In this document: positions 57,214-64,000 of the stretch, piece after piece
Numbering within the stretch: position 1 is the first letter of the stretch
How the letters are laid out: the number at the start of each line of letters is the position of its first letter
Source of the DNA: a virus
Lineage: Duplodnaviria > Caudoviricetes
Virus record (IMG/VR): IMGVR_UViG_3300047160_036266
Span: 64,001-128,000 of that record
Reading direction: 5' to 3' (one strand)
DNA: 64,000 nt
Notes under the pieces: model-generated
The model's input: the letters and a program-made list of their open reading frames with translations, nothing else
Databases searched by the model: none
Told to the model about the DNA's origin: nothing
Made by a program: the position numbers and the translations under genes

Positions 57214-57484
57214 GGCAGTAGCTCTCGAAGGTGGCGATGCCGAAGTGTTCCAGAAACCTCGTGAAGTATTGGCTGCGGTCCCGCCCTTCACGGGCCTGGT
57301 GCTTCTCTAGTTGATAGCATACTTCCAGAAGGTAACTTTGGAAAGTACGAAACCCCCGACCTCGCAGCGTTGATTTCACCACGAAGGTCGGGTAAAAGTC
57401 GCACGCTCGTGCGAGATCAGGGGTGATGAAATCCTTGATGGCGACGGGTAGCTCGATGTCATCCACCAGGATTTGAGTTGACAT
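57131..57484 (-). CDS. hypothetical protein
   Basis: ORF overlapping neighbours; uncertain. Confidence 0.4.
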   Translation of the reverse strand: MSTQILVDDIELPVAIKDFITPDLARACDFYPTFVVKSTLRGRGFRTFQSYLLEVCYQLEKHQAREGRDRSQYFTRFLEHFGIATFESYCREYQLPLPRIPSRRPHPPLPPGVDRGD

Positions 57485-57753
57485 TAGTAGACTCGCACAC
57501 GCTTGTAGCGGTAACAAAGCTTCTCAATGTAACCCGTCACGACGCCGTAGCAGTCGTAAACCGGAACTGTCCTGTAGTAAGGCACGCGAATCCGCTTGTA
57601 CCGAACCCGGTAGGCGCTGTAGCCATATCCGTGGACATGACGATAACTATGCCGGTGGTGGCGGTGGTGCTTGTAGTGAGCCGCTTCTGCCGTGCCTGTG
57701 CCGCCCACAAGGGAAGCCAGACCTACAACGGCGGAAAGCAGTAACGCTTTCAT
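57484..57753 (-). CDS. small secreted His/Tyr-rich protein
   Basis: AGGAGG RBS; signal peptide ...TAEAA. Confidence 0.65.
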   Translation of the reverse strand: MKALLLSAVVGLASLVGGTGTAEAAHYKHHRHHRHSYRHVHGYGYSAYRVRYKRIRVPYYRTVPVYDCYGVVTGYIEKLCYRYKRVRVY

Positions 57754-57823
57754 GCGTTCCTCCTAACTCTAGGGTATGAACCTACTTATATAGGAGGAAT
57801 GACAACTAATTTAGTGAACATTC

Positions 57824-58003
57824 CTAACGTGGTGCAAATAATAGGATTACGAACCCCAGGATCAGGAATACCAGTGCGATCCAGCCGGTGGTTTGTTGAG
57901 CTTCGGGCGAGTCCCAGCGGCGTCCTGCGTTATTGAGGAACAGCAATAACGCGCCAAAGGCTACGAGAATCCATCCAAGTACGAACACGATGAAAGCCTC
58001 CAT
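57824..58003 (-). CDS. small two-TM membrane protein
   Basis: hydrophobic helices; directly downstream of tRNA-Leu(CAA). Confidence 0.55.
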   Translation of the reverse strand: MEAFIVFVLGWILVAFGALLLFLNNAGRRWDSPEAQQTTGWIALVFLILGFVILLFAPR

Positions 58004-58015
58004 TCTTTTTGGGAG

Positions 58016-58099
58016 TGCCAGGGGAGGGAGTCGAACCCTCACGGGATTTCTCCCACCAGATTTTGAGTCTGGCGTGGCTGCCGATTACACCACCCTGGC
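58016..58099 (-). tRNA. tRNA-Leu(CAA)
   Basis: GCCAGGG acceptor, CCAGA-CUCAAAA-UCUGG, long variable arm, GGUUCGACUCC. Confidence 0.95.
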
Positions 58100-58302
58100 T
58101 AATTGGCCGACATCTTGCCGATGCCGTTACCCTGATGTGCCATTATAAGGACGGCTTCCTCACGAGAGAAACCTTCCGCCATCATAGCGTCGAGGGTTTT
58201 CTTATAGAGGCGGGCAGCGATTTTGAAAATCTCTTCCTGCTTTTCCGCCGCTTCCATCATATATTTGACGGCCTCAAACATCTCGTCTATTTGCTCGATC
58301 AT
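58099..58302 (-). CDS. hypothetical protein
   Basis: GGAGG RBS between two tRNAs. Confidence 0.55.
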   Translation of the reverse strand: MIEQIDEMFEAVKYMMEAAEKQEEIFKIAARLYKKTLDAMMAEGFSREEAVLIMAHQGNGIGKMSAN

Positions 58303-58316
58303 GGGAACCTCCAAAG

Positions 58317-58400
58317 TGTCCAGGGCGGGAGTCGAACCCGCACGCCCTTTCGGGCACCAGCCCCTCAAGCTGGCGTGGCTACCAGTTACACCACCTGGAC
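58317..58400 (-). tRNA. tRNA-Leu(GAG)
   Basis: GUCCAGG acceptor, CCAGC-UUGAGGG-GCUGG, long variable arm, GGUUCGACUCC. Confidence 0.95.
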
Positions 58401-58612
58401 AGGGGCGGCGGTTGTTACCTCTTGCCAGATCAACATTCTCGGCACGGGGGCCATTGAGAAGGTCATCTAAGCACCAGGGCCACGCTCCGTGTCAAAAGAC
58501 GACTCGGCGTTTACCTGGCTCTGGCAGACGACTTCCCCTTCCGCCGCCCGGTCGTCTACTCGATGGTATCGAAGACGCGCAATAGTCGGGGAAGAGGCCA
58601 AGACAGAGGCAG

Positions 58613-58695
58613 TGCCCAGGGTGGGAGTTGAACCCACACGCCCTTACGGGCACACGGCCCTGAACCGTGCGTGGCTGCCATTACACCACCTGGGC
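58613..58695 (-). tRNA. tRNA-Leu(CAG)
   Basis: GCCCAGG acceptor, CACGG-UUCAGGG-CCGUG, long variable arm, GGUUCAACUCC. Confidence 0.95.
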
Positions 58696-58707
58696 TTTCA
58701 TTTCATT

Positions 58708-60357
58708 CTATCCTGCGGCGAGCGGGAGCGATACCCTTCCTGCCGGCTTTTGTTGCTGTTGCGCCTGACGCTTCTTGACATAATCACTAAAACTCGTCGG
58801 CGGCTGGGCAATGTCAAGGTCTTTGTCGAGGTACTGGCTGGCCAACTGGATGAACCTTTGATGCCATCGCTCATGCACCTGCGGGTCCGTATGGAACGAC
58901 TTTTTAATCTGGTTCTCGTCCCGGTCGGCATCGGACGCCACATGAATGTCGTTCTTCAACTCCGTGTCATCATATATCGCCAGGCTGTAAATGTTCAAGT
59001 GGCTGATGATGTCCTTGTTCTCCAACAACCAGTTGTAGGTTTTTCGGTAGGTTTCTTCTGTCTCATCAGGAAAGCCCACGATGATGTTCGGTATCAACCA
59101 GACATTGCCGCCCTCCTGGCGAATTTGCCGTATTTTCGTCGCTGCCAGGTCGATGCTCTTCTCCGTGGCCGGCTTCTTCTGGCTTTTGAGGATGAAGTCG
59201 TTATACGACTCAATCCCCAACTCAATGAACCGTATCCCCGCCTCCTTGATAAACTCGTTGGGCAGCCGCTTACTGGCCATCGTGGAAGCCGTTGTCTGGA
59301 CCACAAACCCCTGGAAATTGGGGTTGCGTTTCTTAATCTCCCAATAGATTTCCGGCAGGAGAGTGTAGTTGTTGGCCTGGCCGAAGGTCTTGTCGTTAAT
59401 GTATACCAGCTTGGACTTTAGCTGGGACAGCGCCTTGGCCTCCTGCTCGATGGTTTCGGTCGGGACTTCCTCCAGCTTGCGCGACACGTCGCAGAATTTG
59501 CACTTGTGGCGACAACCGCTGCTCATACACAGCCTGGGGATGACCGCCGTTCCTCTGAAGAGGTTATAATCGGTGCCGCCCTCCATCCCGCCTTTCTTGT
59601 GCTTTTGTTCGAGGATGAAGTCCTGCATACTGTTGAACACATGCACGTTTTTGAACGGGGCGAATTCTTCCGCCAGGTTGGTGCTGTAGCCGCCCACGGC
59701 AATGGCCCCTGGATAGCTCTGCGCAATGCGCTTAACCTGGGGCAGCACCACGTCCATGACCGAGAAGATGACCTCCTTATATTTCGCCTGGTTGAAGAAC
59801 TGGATCGCTTCGTTCACGTCCCGGACAACGTAAAAGTCAACATTGTTGAGGTTGCGGGAGATGACGGCGACCCAATATGGTACTTCCCAGAAGTCCTCTG
59901 GCTTCTCGTAACCCTGCCGCTTGGCGTACAGCTTCTCGTAATATTCGTCGGCGTAGTTGGGCTTGTGGGTGTACAAGGTCTTGGCGGCGAACTGACAGGC
60001 CAGGATTCGGTCATGGTTGTTAGGGTCCGCCGAGTGTTTCACCCAAATATTTTTTGTCTCTCTGGCTGGGTCGGCGGCTCCGTGTTGGTAATACGGATAG
60101 GCGGTCCCGTAGGGTGTTTTGTCCTTGAAGGAGGCTGGGGCCTGGTGGCCTAGTTCATCGCTCAGGTCGTGGATGTAGCGGTTGAAAACCGGGTCGTTGT
60201 AATCGGGTGCCTGGCCCTGCTGCCGCTCCAACTCGATGATCTTACGCAGATGCCCTTGGTAGAAGGCATCCGGTTTGCCGGGGAAATAACGCTGGAGGCG
60301 GGCCAGATAGTCGTCAGCTTTGGACTCAATGCTTTCGAGAAACCTACGGAAGCGCAT
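58708..60357 (-). CDS. radical SAM protein (B12-binding class B-like architecture) with N-terminal extension
   Basis: SSGCRHKCKFC (CxxxCxFC), YINDKTF, ELGIES, IIVGFPDET; upstream alpha/beta domain with AVGG. Confidence 0.8.
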   Translation of the reverse strand: MRFRRFLESIESKADDYLARLQRYFPGKPDAFYQGHLRKIIELERQQGQAPDYNDPVFNRYIHDLSDELGHQAPASFKDKTPYGTAYPYYQHGAADPARETKNIWVKHSADPNNHDRILACQFAAKTLYTHKPNYADEYYEKLYAKRQGYEKPEDFWEVPYWVAVISRNLNNVDFYVVRDVNEAIQFFNQAKYKEVIFSVMDVVLPQVKRIAQSYPGAIAVGGYSTNLAEEFAPFKNVHVFNSMQDFILEQKHKKGGMEGGTDYNLFRGTAVIPRLCMSSGCRHKCKFCDVSRKLEEVPTETIEQEAKALSQLKSKLVYINDKTFGQANNYTLLPEIYWEIKKRNPNFQGFVVQTTASTMASKRLPNEFIKEAGIRFIELGIESYNDFILKSQKKPATEKSIDLAATKIRQIRQEGGNVWLIPNIIVGFPDETEETYRKTYNWLLENKDIISHLNIYSLAIYDDTELKNDIHVASDADRDENQIKKSFHTDPQVHERWHQRFIQLASQYLDKDLDIAQPPTSFSDYVKKRQAQQQQKPAGRVSLPLAAG

Positions 60358-60407
60358 GTAATATTTATGCGCCTCGCAGAGAAAGTCATGAACCGACTAT
60401 ATATTGC

Positions 60408-61838
60408 ATGGGATACAGGATCACGCCACATACGAATGTCACCAACGACGACGGCACCATCACGATTTCCGAAGAGGGGGTCACTGAGACTATCAGCGTT
60501 AATCTCGCCAAGGATAATACTTGGTCGGCAACCCAAACCGTGGAAACGGACGGCAGCACAGTTCCGGTAGTCGTTAGAGCCGCCACCAACCAAACCGCCG
60601 ATCTCCAGCAGTGGCAGGACGCCAGCGGTAATGTCGTCAGCCGGGTCGGGCCGGACGGTCAGTTGGAGATTTCTGTGACGAGCGGGGTTATTTCCATCAC
60701 CAACGATGACGGCACTTTAACGATCACGCCCACCACGGGCGATGCCGTAGCTAAGCTCAATCTTGGCAATGCCAATACATGGTCTGCCACGCAAACTCTG
60801 GCACCAGCTACAGATACCGTACCCCTGGTCATCAAGGCCAGCGCTACTCAGACGGCTGCATTGCAGCAATGGCAGGACACCACCGGAAAGACGCTAAGTA
60901 GCGTCAATGCAGCCGGCCAGTTTGTCCTGGCGACCAGCACGGGTACTCCCAGCGGTTCGGCCACCGATGGCACCTGTGTGGTGGACCCAAGCAATTTGAA
61001 ACTGTGGATTTACCTACAGGGCGACTGGCGGGAATCAACCTTGTTTGGGGAGCCATCTTTGTGCCAGGGCCGGCTCACTCTAACCTCCGGCACTCCCGTA
61101 ACCACCCAGGATGTAATTGGGGCCTCTACCATATATTTCACACCCTTCGGCGGCAAGCGCATCAGTCTGTATGATGGCAAGGGCTGGGTATCCCATCAGT
61201 TTACCGAGGCCAGTCTCGCTTTGGGCGGGCTGACATTAGGCATCCCCTATGATGTCTATGGCTACTGGAACAATGGCCTGGTTCTCGGTTTGGACCCCTG
61301 GAGCGGACCCAATGCCCGCACGGGCAACCTGAACCTTCAGGACGGCATCTATGTGATGGCTGTTGATCCGACGTACCGCTTTCTGGCTACTATTTACCCC
61401 ACCAGTGCGACCACCACGGAGGACTCGGATGCCAAGCGATTCGTGAACAATTACTACAACTACCGGCTGCGGCGTCTGCGCATTGCCGATACCGGGACGC
61501 ACACTTACAACACTACTGTGTGGCGACCCTATAACAATAACGCTGTCAACAGAGTCGAGTTTGTGATTTCGATGGTGGAAGACGCCATTCACTGTGCGTT
61601 ATTTGCCCAGGTAAATGCCAACGGTGCTGCCGGCATCAATGTCGATGCGACGGATGGTTCGGGAGTCTTGCAGCAGTGCATTGCCAATGCAAATAATAGT
61701 AGTGTCTGGGCGGGTTCCTCCCCCACTTTTTTGCCGCCGTCAGAAGGCTATCACTTCCTTCAGGCGATGGAATATTCCGGTGGCGGTCAGACATCCAATT
61801 TCACCGGCATGGTCCTAAACGGCATGATCCCAGGTTAA
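60408..61838 (+). CDS. probable phage tail-fibre/structural protein
   Basis: Thr-rich; duplicated NTWSATQT...QQWQD..G repeats; GRLTLTSGTP...TIYFTP domain. Confidence 0.6.
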   Translation: MGYRITPHTNVTNDDGTITISEEGVTETISVNLAKDNTWSATQTVETDGSTVPVVVRAATNQTADLQQWQDASGNVVSRVGPDGQLEISVTSGVISITNDDGTLTITPTTGDAVAKLNLGNANTWSATQTLAPATDTVPLVIKASATQTAALQQWQDTTGKTLSSVNAAGQFVLATSTGTPSGSATDGTCVVDPSNLKLWIYLQGDWRESTLFGEPSLCQGRLTLTSGTPVTTQDVIGASTIYFTPFGGKRISLYDGKGWVSHQFTEASLALGGLTLGIPYDVYGYWNNGLVLGLDPWSGPNARTGNLNLQDGIYVMAVDPTYRFLATIYPTSATTTEDSDAKRFVNNYYNYRLRRLRIADTGTHTYNTTVWRPYNNNAVNRVEFVISMVEDAIHCALFAQVNANGAAGINVDATDGSGVLQQCIANANNSSVWAGSSPTFLPPSEGYHFLQAMEYSGGGQTSNFTGMVLNGMIPG

Positions 61839-62305
61839 ACTGGCATCGGTGATGGTGATTTGATGGCCGGTTTGGGCTTCGGTGGTTTGGGCGCACCCAT
61901 GTCATCACTTCGCACCGGGGCGCGATCCTTGGCCTGAATGTAGAAGACGTAAGTTACACGGTCGTCCGCCCCGCCGCTTTGCCTTTCCGTCTGCCGGAAC
62001 ACGACCATGAGCTTGGTCTGGGCTGATTCGTATTGCATGAATTCCTTGAGGCGGGCGATAGTGGAAGCGATGAACTCCTTGCTGCCCGTGATGCGGATGC
62101 CGTCTTGTTGGTAGGTGGAACCTTCGTGTTCGTAGGGGATAGGCTGCATGGCGAGGGGCATATTTGGTTGGAGGCCCTGCCAGTAGGACATTACCTGTTC
62201 CTTGGTGGCCTTCCACTTCTTGCCGGGCTGCATGGTGGCGCTGGTGGTCGTCGGGGGCGTCGTTTGCAGCGGGCGCTCATACCGCCATTCGTTGAAGTTC
62301 TTCAT
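61835..62305 (-). CDS. hypothetical protein, probable virion-internal
   Basis: N-terminus MKNFNEW. Confidence 0.6.
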   Translation of the reverse strand: MKNFNEWRYERPLQTTPPTTTSATMQPGKKWKATKEQVMSYWQGLQPNMPLAMQPIPYEHEGSTYQQDGIRITGSKEFIASTIARLKEFMQYESAQTKLMVVFRQTERQSGGADDRVTYVFYIQAKDRAPVRSDDMGAPKPPKPKPAIKSPSPMPV

Positions 62306-62474
62306 CAGTATTATCTATGACCGGCATCCGCTTTTTGTGCTTGTGCTTGCGGCCATTTTGACACCACGGGCAGGAGCCGTGGTTGCGGCAAGAGCCGTCT
62401 ACGGCCTTGGCCGAACGGGGCTTATAAGCCTTGCGCCAGTCCTTGCGATGGGGATAGACCTTATCGAAGCTCAT
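62277..62474 (-). CDS. hypothetical protein
   Basis: CRNHGSCPWCQNGR. Confidence 0.6.
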   Translation of the reverse strand: MSFDKVYPHRKDWRKAYKPRSAKAVDGSCRNHGSCPWCQNGRKHKHKKRMPVIDNTDEELQRMAV

Positions 62475-62649
62475 CGGAACCTCTCCTGGCCTTTCTTATT
62501 TTCATCAGTTCCAGCATCTTCGGGACGTTCAAGGTGCGGATGTAGTTATCAAGCCCTCTCCTCTGGATGATGCGACCTTTTTCCAGCTTCTCCCAATACT
62601 CACGGGAGACGCCGAAGACTTCTTCAGGGTCGAGCAGTTCTTCTTCCAT
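62461..62649 (-). CDS. hypothetical protein
   Basis: ATG immediately after tRNA 3' end. Confidence 0.5.
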   Translation of the reverse strand: MEEELLDPEEVFGVSREYWEKLEKGRIIQRRGLDNYIRTLNVPKMLELMKIRKARRGSDELR

Positions 62650-62651
62650 AG

Positions 62652-62725
62652 TAGCACGGGTGGGAATTGCACCCACGGCATCTCAGTTTTTGAAACTAAG
62701 TGGTCTACTGTCTGCCTACCGTGCC
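62652..62725 (-). tRNA. non-canonical 74-nt tRNA, anticodon CAA (Leu codon UUG)
   Basis: GGCACGG/CCGUGCU-A; 6-bp stem CUUAGU/ACUGAG, loop UUCAAAA; T-arm GUGGG-UGCAAUU-CCCAC. Confidence 0.8.
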
Positions 62726-62728
62726 ATA

Positions 62729-62841
62729 TCCCGTGACAGGAGCATTGCGGTTTTGCGGCTGCGCCGCCTTTACCCCGCTCGCATTAGCCCCATGTCACCT
62801 GCATCCCGATGCGAGCCGTTATGACAGGTCGAGTCACGGGA
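62729..62841 (-). ncRNA. candidate structured RNA inside tRNA array
   Basis: 9-bp terminal helix UCCCGUGAC/GUCACGGGA, internal helices and 8-bp GCUCGCAU/AUGCGAGC pairing; abuts tRNAs on both sides. Confidence 0.55.
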
Positions 62842-62843
62842 AG

Positions 62844-62917
62844 TGCCCAGGGCCGGAGTTGCACCGGCGGCATCACTGGTTCTAAGCCAATGTGGTCTGC
62901 TGTCTGCCTACCTGGGC
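62844..62917 (-). tRNA. non-canonical 74-nt tRNA, anticodon UAG (Leu codon CUA)
   Basis: GCCCAGG/CCUGGGC-A; CAUUGG-CUUAGAA-CCAGUG; GCCGG-UGCAACU-CCGGC. Confidence 0.82.
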
Positions 62918-62920
62918 AAG

Positions 62921-62994
62921 TGGCACGGGTGGGAATTGCACCCACGGCATCGCTGGCTCTCGACCAACGTGGTCTACTGTCTGCCTACCGTGCC
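62921..62994 (-). tRNA. non-canonical 74-nt tRNA, anticodon GAG (Leu codons CUC/U), C33
   Basis: GGCACGG/CCGUGCC-A; CGUUGG-UCGAGAG-CCAGCG; GUGGG-UGCAAUU-CCCAC. Confidence 0.8.
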
Positions 62995-62998
62995 ATAG

Positions 62999-63072
62999 TG
63001 CCCAGGGTGGGAGTTGCACCCACGGCATCAGAGGTTCTGGACCTCTGTGGTCTGCTGTCTGCCTACCTGGGC
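62999..63072 (-). tRNA. non-canonical 74-nt tRNA, anticodon CAG (Leu codon CUG), C33
   Basis: GCCCAGG/CCUGGGC-A; CAGAGG-UCCAGAA-CCUCUG; GUGGG-UGCAACU-CCCAC. Confidence 0.8.
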
Positions 63073-63075
63073 CTG

Positions 63076-63423
63076 TTATTGAAGTCGATCTCGGATACTT
63101 TCAAACCACTGGATGAACTTTTCTTTGTTTGGATGTTGCCCTTGCGACACAACCTCCACCGCACGGTCCAGGGCGTAGTGCATATTGCCGATTAGGTCGT
63201 TGAGCCATCGACCCTTGGGGATTGCCGATCTGAGCGCCTTGGCGTCCGCCGGCAAGTGCTGGGCATAAGCCTGCATATTGTGCAGGAGGTTTCCGCCCAT
63301 GTCCCAGCGCCCTTTTAACATTTCCTGCGCTAACCGACCCAGCTTCGTGGTGTTGACCAGGGCATTGGTGACTATCTCTTGGGCTACGTCAGCGGCCTCC
63401 AGCCATTGTCGGAAGGTACTCAT
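63076..63423 (-). CDS. hypothetical protein, probable virion-internal
   Basis: N-terminus MSTFRQWLEAAD. Confidence 0.6.
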   Translation of the reverse strand: MSTFRQWLEAADVAQEIVTNALVNTTKLGRLAQEMLKGRWDMGGNLLHNMQAYAQHLPADAKALRSAIPKGRWLNDLIGNMHYALDRAVEVVSQGQHPNKEKFIQWFESIRDRLQ

Positions 63424-63443
63424 GGAGTTATGTAGGCTTCCCG

Positions 63444-63743
63444 CTACCAAAACGGGTCGCTGTCGGGCTTGCACTCCTCAAAGCCGCCTTCCTTGTCAAA
63501 CATCCGTTCCCACAAGGTCGCGTCCCGATATAGTTCGATGGTCCGGGCTGAACTGCAACAGTCGTGGTAATCATAAGGGTCTTGCTCGTGCAATTCGAGG
63601 TAGGTTGCCTTGTCCTCGAAGAGAATATGCGTGAGCGTCACTCGGTCCTGGCCGAAGCGGCTGACCTTCTGGCCCCGGAAGGCCACGATATTCATGCCGA
63701 TCAGGTCGGTCCACTTCGGAATGCTGGACTTTTTCTTTGCCAT
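63444..63743 (-). CDS. hypothetical protein
   Basis: GGAGGG RBS overlapping tRNA 3' flank. Confidence 0.6.
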   Translation of the reverse strand: MAKKKSSIPKWTDLIGMNIVAFRGQKVSRFGQDRVTLTHILFEDKATYLELHEQDPYDYHDCCSSARTIELYRDATLWERMFDKEGGFEECKPDSDPFW

Positions 63744-63755
63744 AATTCCCTCCAG

Positions 63756-63829
63756 TGGCACGGGCCGGACCTGCCCCGGCAGCATCACTGATTTTAAGTC
63801 GGTGTGGTCTTCTTCTTGCCTACCGTGCC
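63756..63829 (-). tRNA. non-canonical 74-nt tRNA, anticodon UAA (Leu codon UUA)
   Basis: GGCACGG/CCGUGCC-A; CACCGA-CUUAAAA-UCAGUG; GCCGG-GGCAGGU-CCGGC. Confidence 0.78.
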
Positions 63830-63833
63830 AAAA

Positions 63834-63920
63834 TGAGCAGTGGAGGAGTTGAACCACTCGGCATCCGCCCCACTTCTTTAATGCCAACAGTTTTACAGAC
63901 TGCCGTGGGGAACACCGCTC
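63834..63920 (-). tRNA. atypical tRNA-Tyr(GUA)-like RNA lacking a normal D-arm
   Basis: GAGCGGU/ACUGCUC-A acceptor; GCAGU-CUGUAAA-ACUGU; GGUUCAACUCC T-loop with weak stem. Confidence 0.5.
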
Positions 63921-64000
63921 AAATTCTTTCGATCCGAATTGACATGATTGCCCAAATGAGTTATTGTCTCCTAACTGTAGTGCGGCTGGACGGGACCGCA

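Noticed and set aside
62652-62725. Opal (UCA) suppressor reading of the first atypical tRNA
   Set aside because: A centred 7-nt loop requires the 6-bp stem and gives CAA, consistent with the four sister tRNAs; ORFs terminate normally at TGA, so there is no sign of stop-codon recoding
62652-63072. CRISPR-like array suggested by recurring GGTCT(A/G)CTGTCTGCCTACC repeats
   Set aside because: Each repeat is the conserved 5' part of a 74-nt cloverleaf; the variable parts are anticodon arms with paired stems, and no cas genes are present
63981-64000. Probable 3' end of another atypical tRNA (T-arm half plus CAGCCGC-A)
   Set aside because: Truncated by the window edge; cannot be evaluated
1-64000. 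Genome-wide reassignment of Leu codons in the phage
   Set aside because: Conserved motifs in MetRS, PyrB, GlpX, Map and bS21 retain Leu at expected positions under the standard code

Overview
64-kb segment that reads as part of a very large T4-like (jumbo/huge) phage genome, probably infecting a planctomycete. The phage call rests on gp41/DnaB, UvsW, UvsY-like, gp32-like and Dda-like genes, dense short hypothetical genes and a tail-fibre-like gene. The host call rests on a secreted protein with the Planctomycete RPRLEQLEDR signal. The segment is unusually rich in translation functions: MetRS, three minimised editing-less synthetases (ThrRS, ValRS, LeuRS), methionine aminopeptidase, bS21, Tpt1/KptA and a 247-nt RNase P RNA lacking most of its specificity domain. 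The most striking feature is two complete sets of leucine-anticodon tRNAs. One set is five canonical class II tRNA-Leu (UAA with a 10-nt anticodon-loop insertion, UAG, CAA, GAG, CAG). The other is five 74-nt non-canonical tRNAs (CAA, UAG, GAG, CAG, UAA) with a 6-bp anticodon stem, no long variable arm, no D-loop GG and no TTC T-loop. Together with the mini-LeuRS and mini-RNase P these suggest an undescribed phage-encoded, possibly orthogonal, leucine decoding or mistranslation module (inference). Metabolic genes include pyrB, an amidinotransferase, glpX, cyanophycinase, an FTR catalytic subunit, a YgiC/GSP-synthase operon and dCMP deaminase. All calls were made by eye from motifs and base pairing; no database searches were run.
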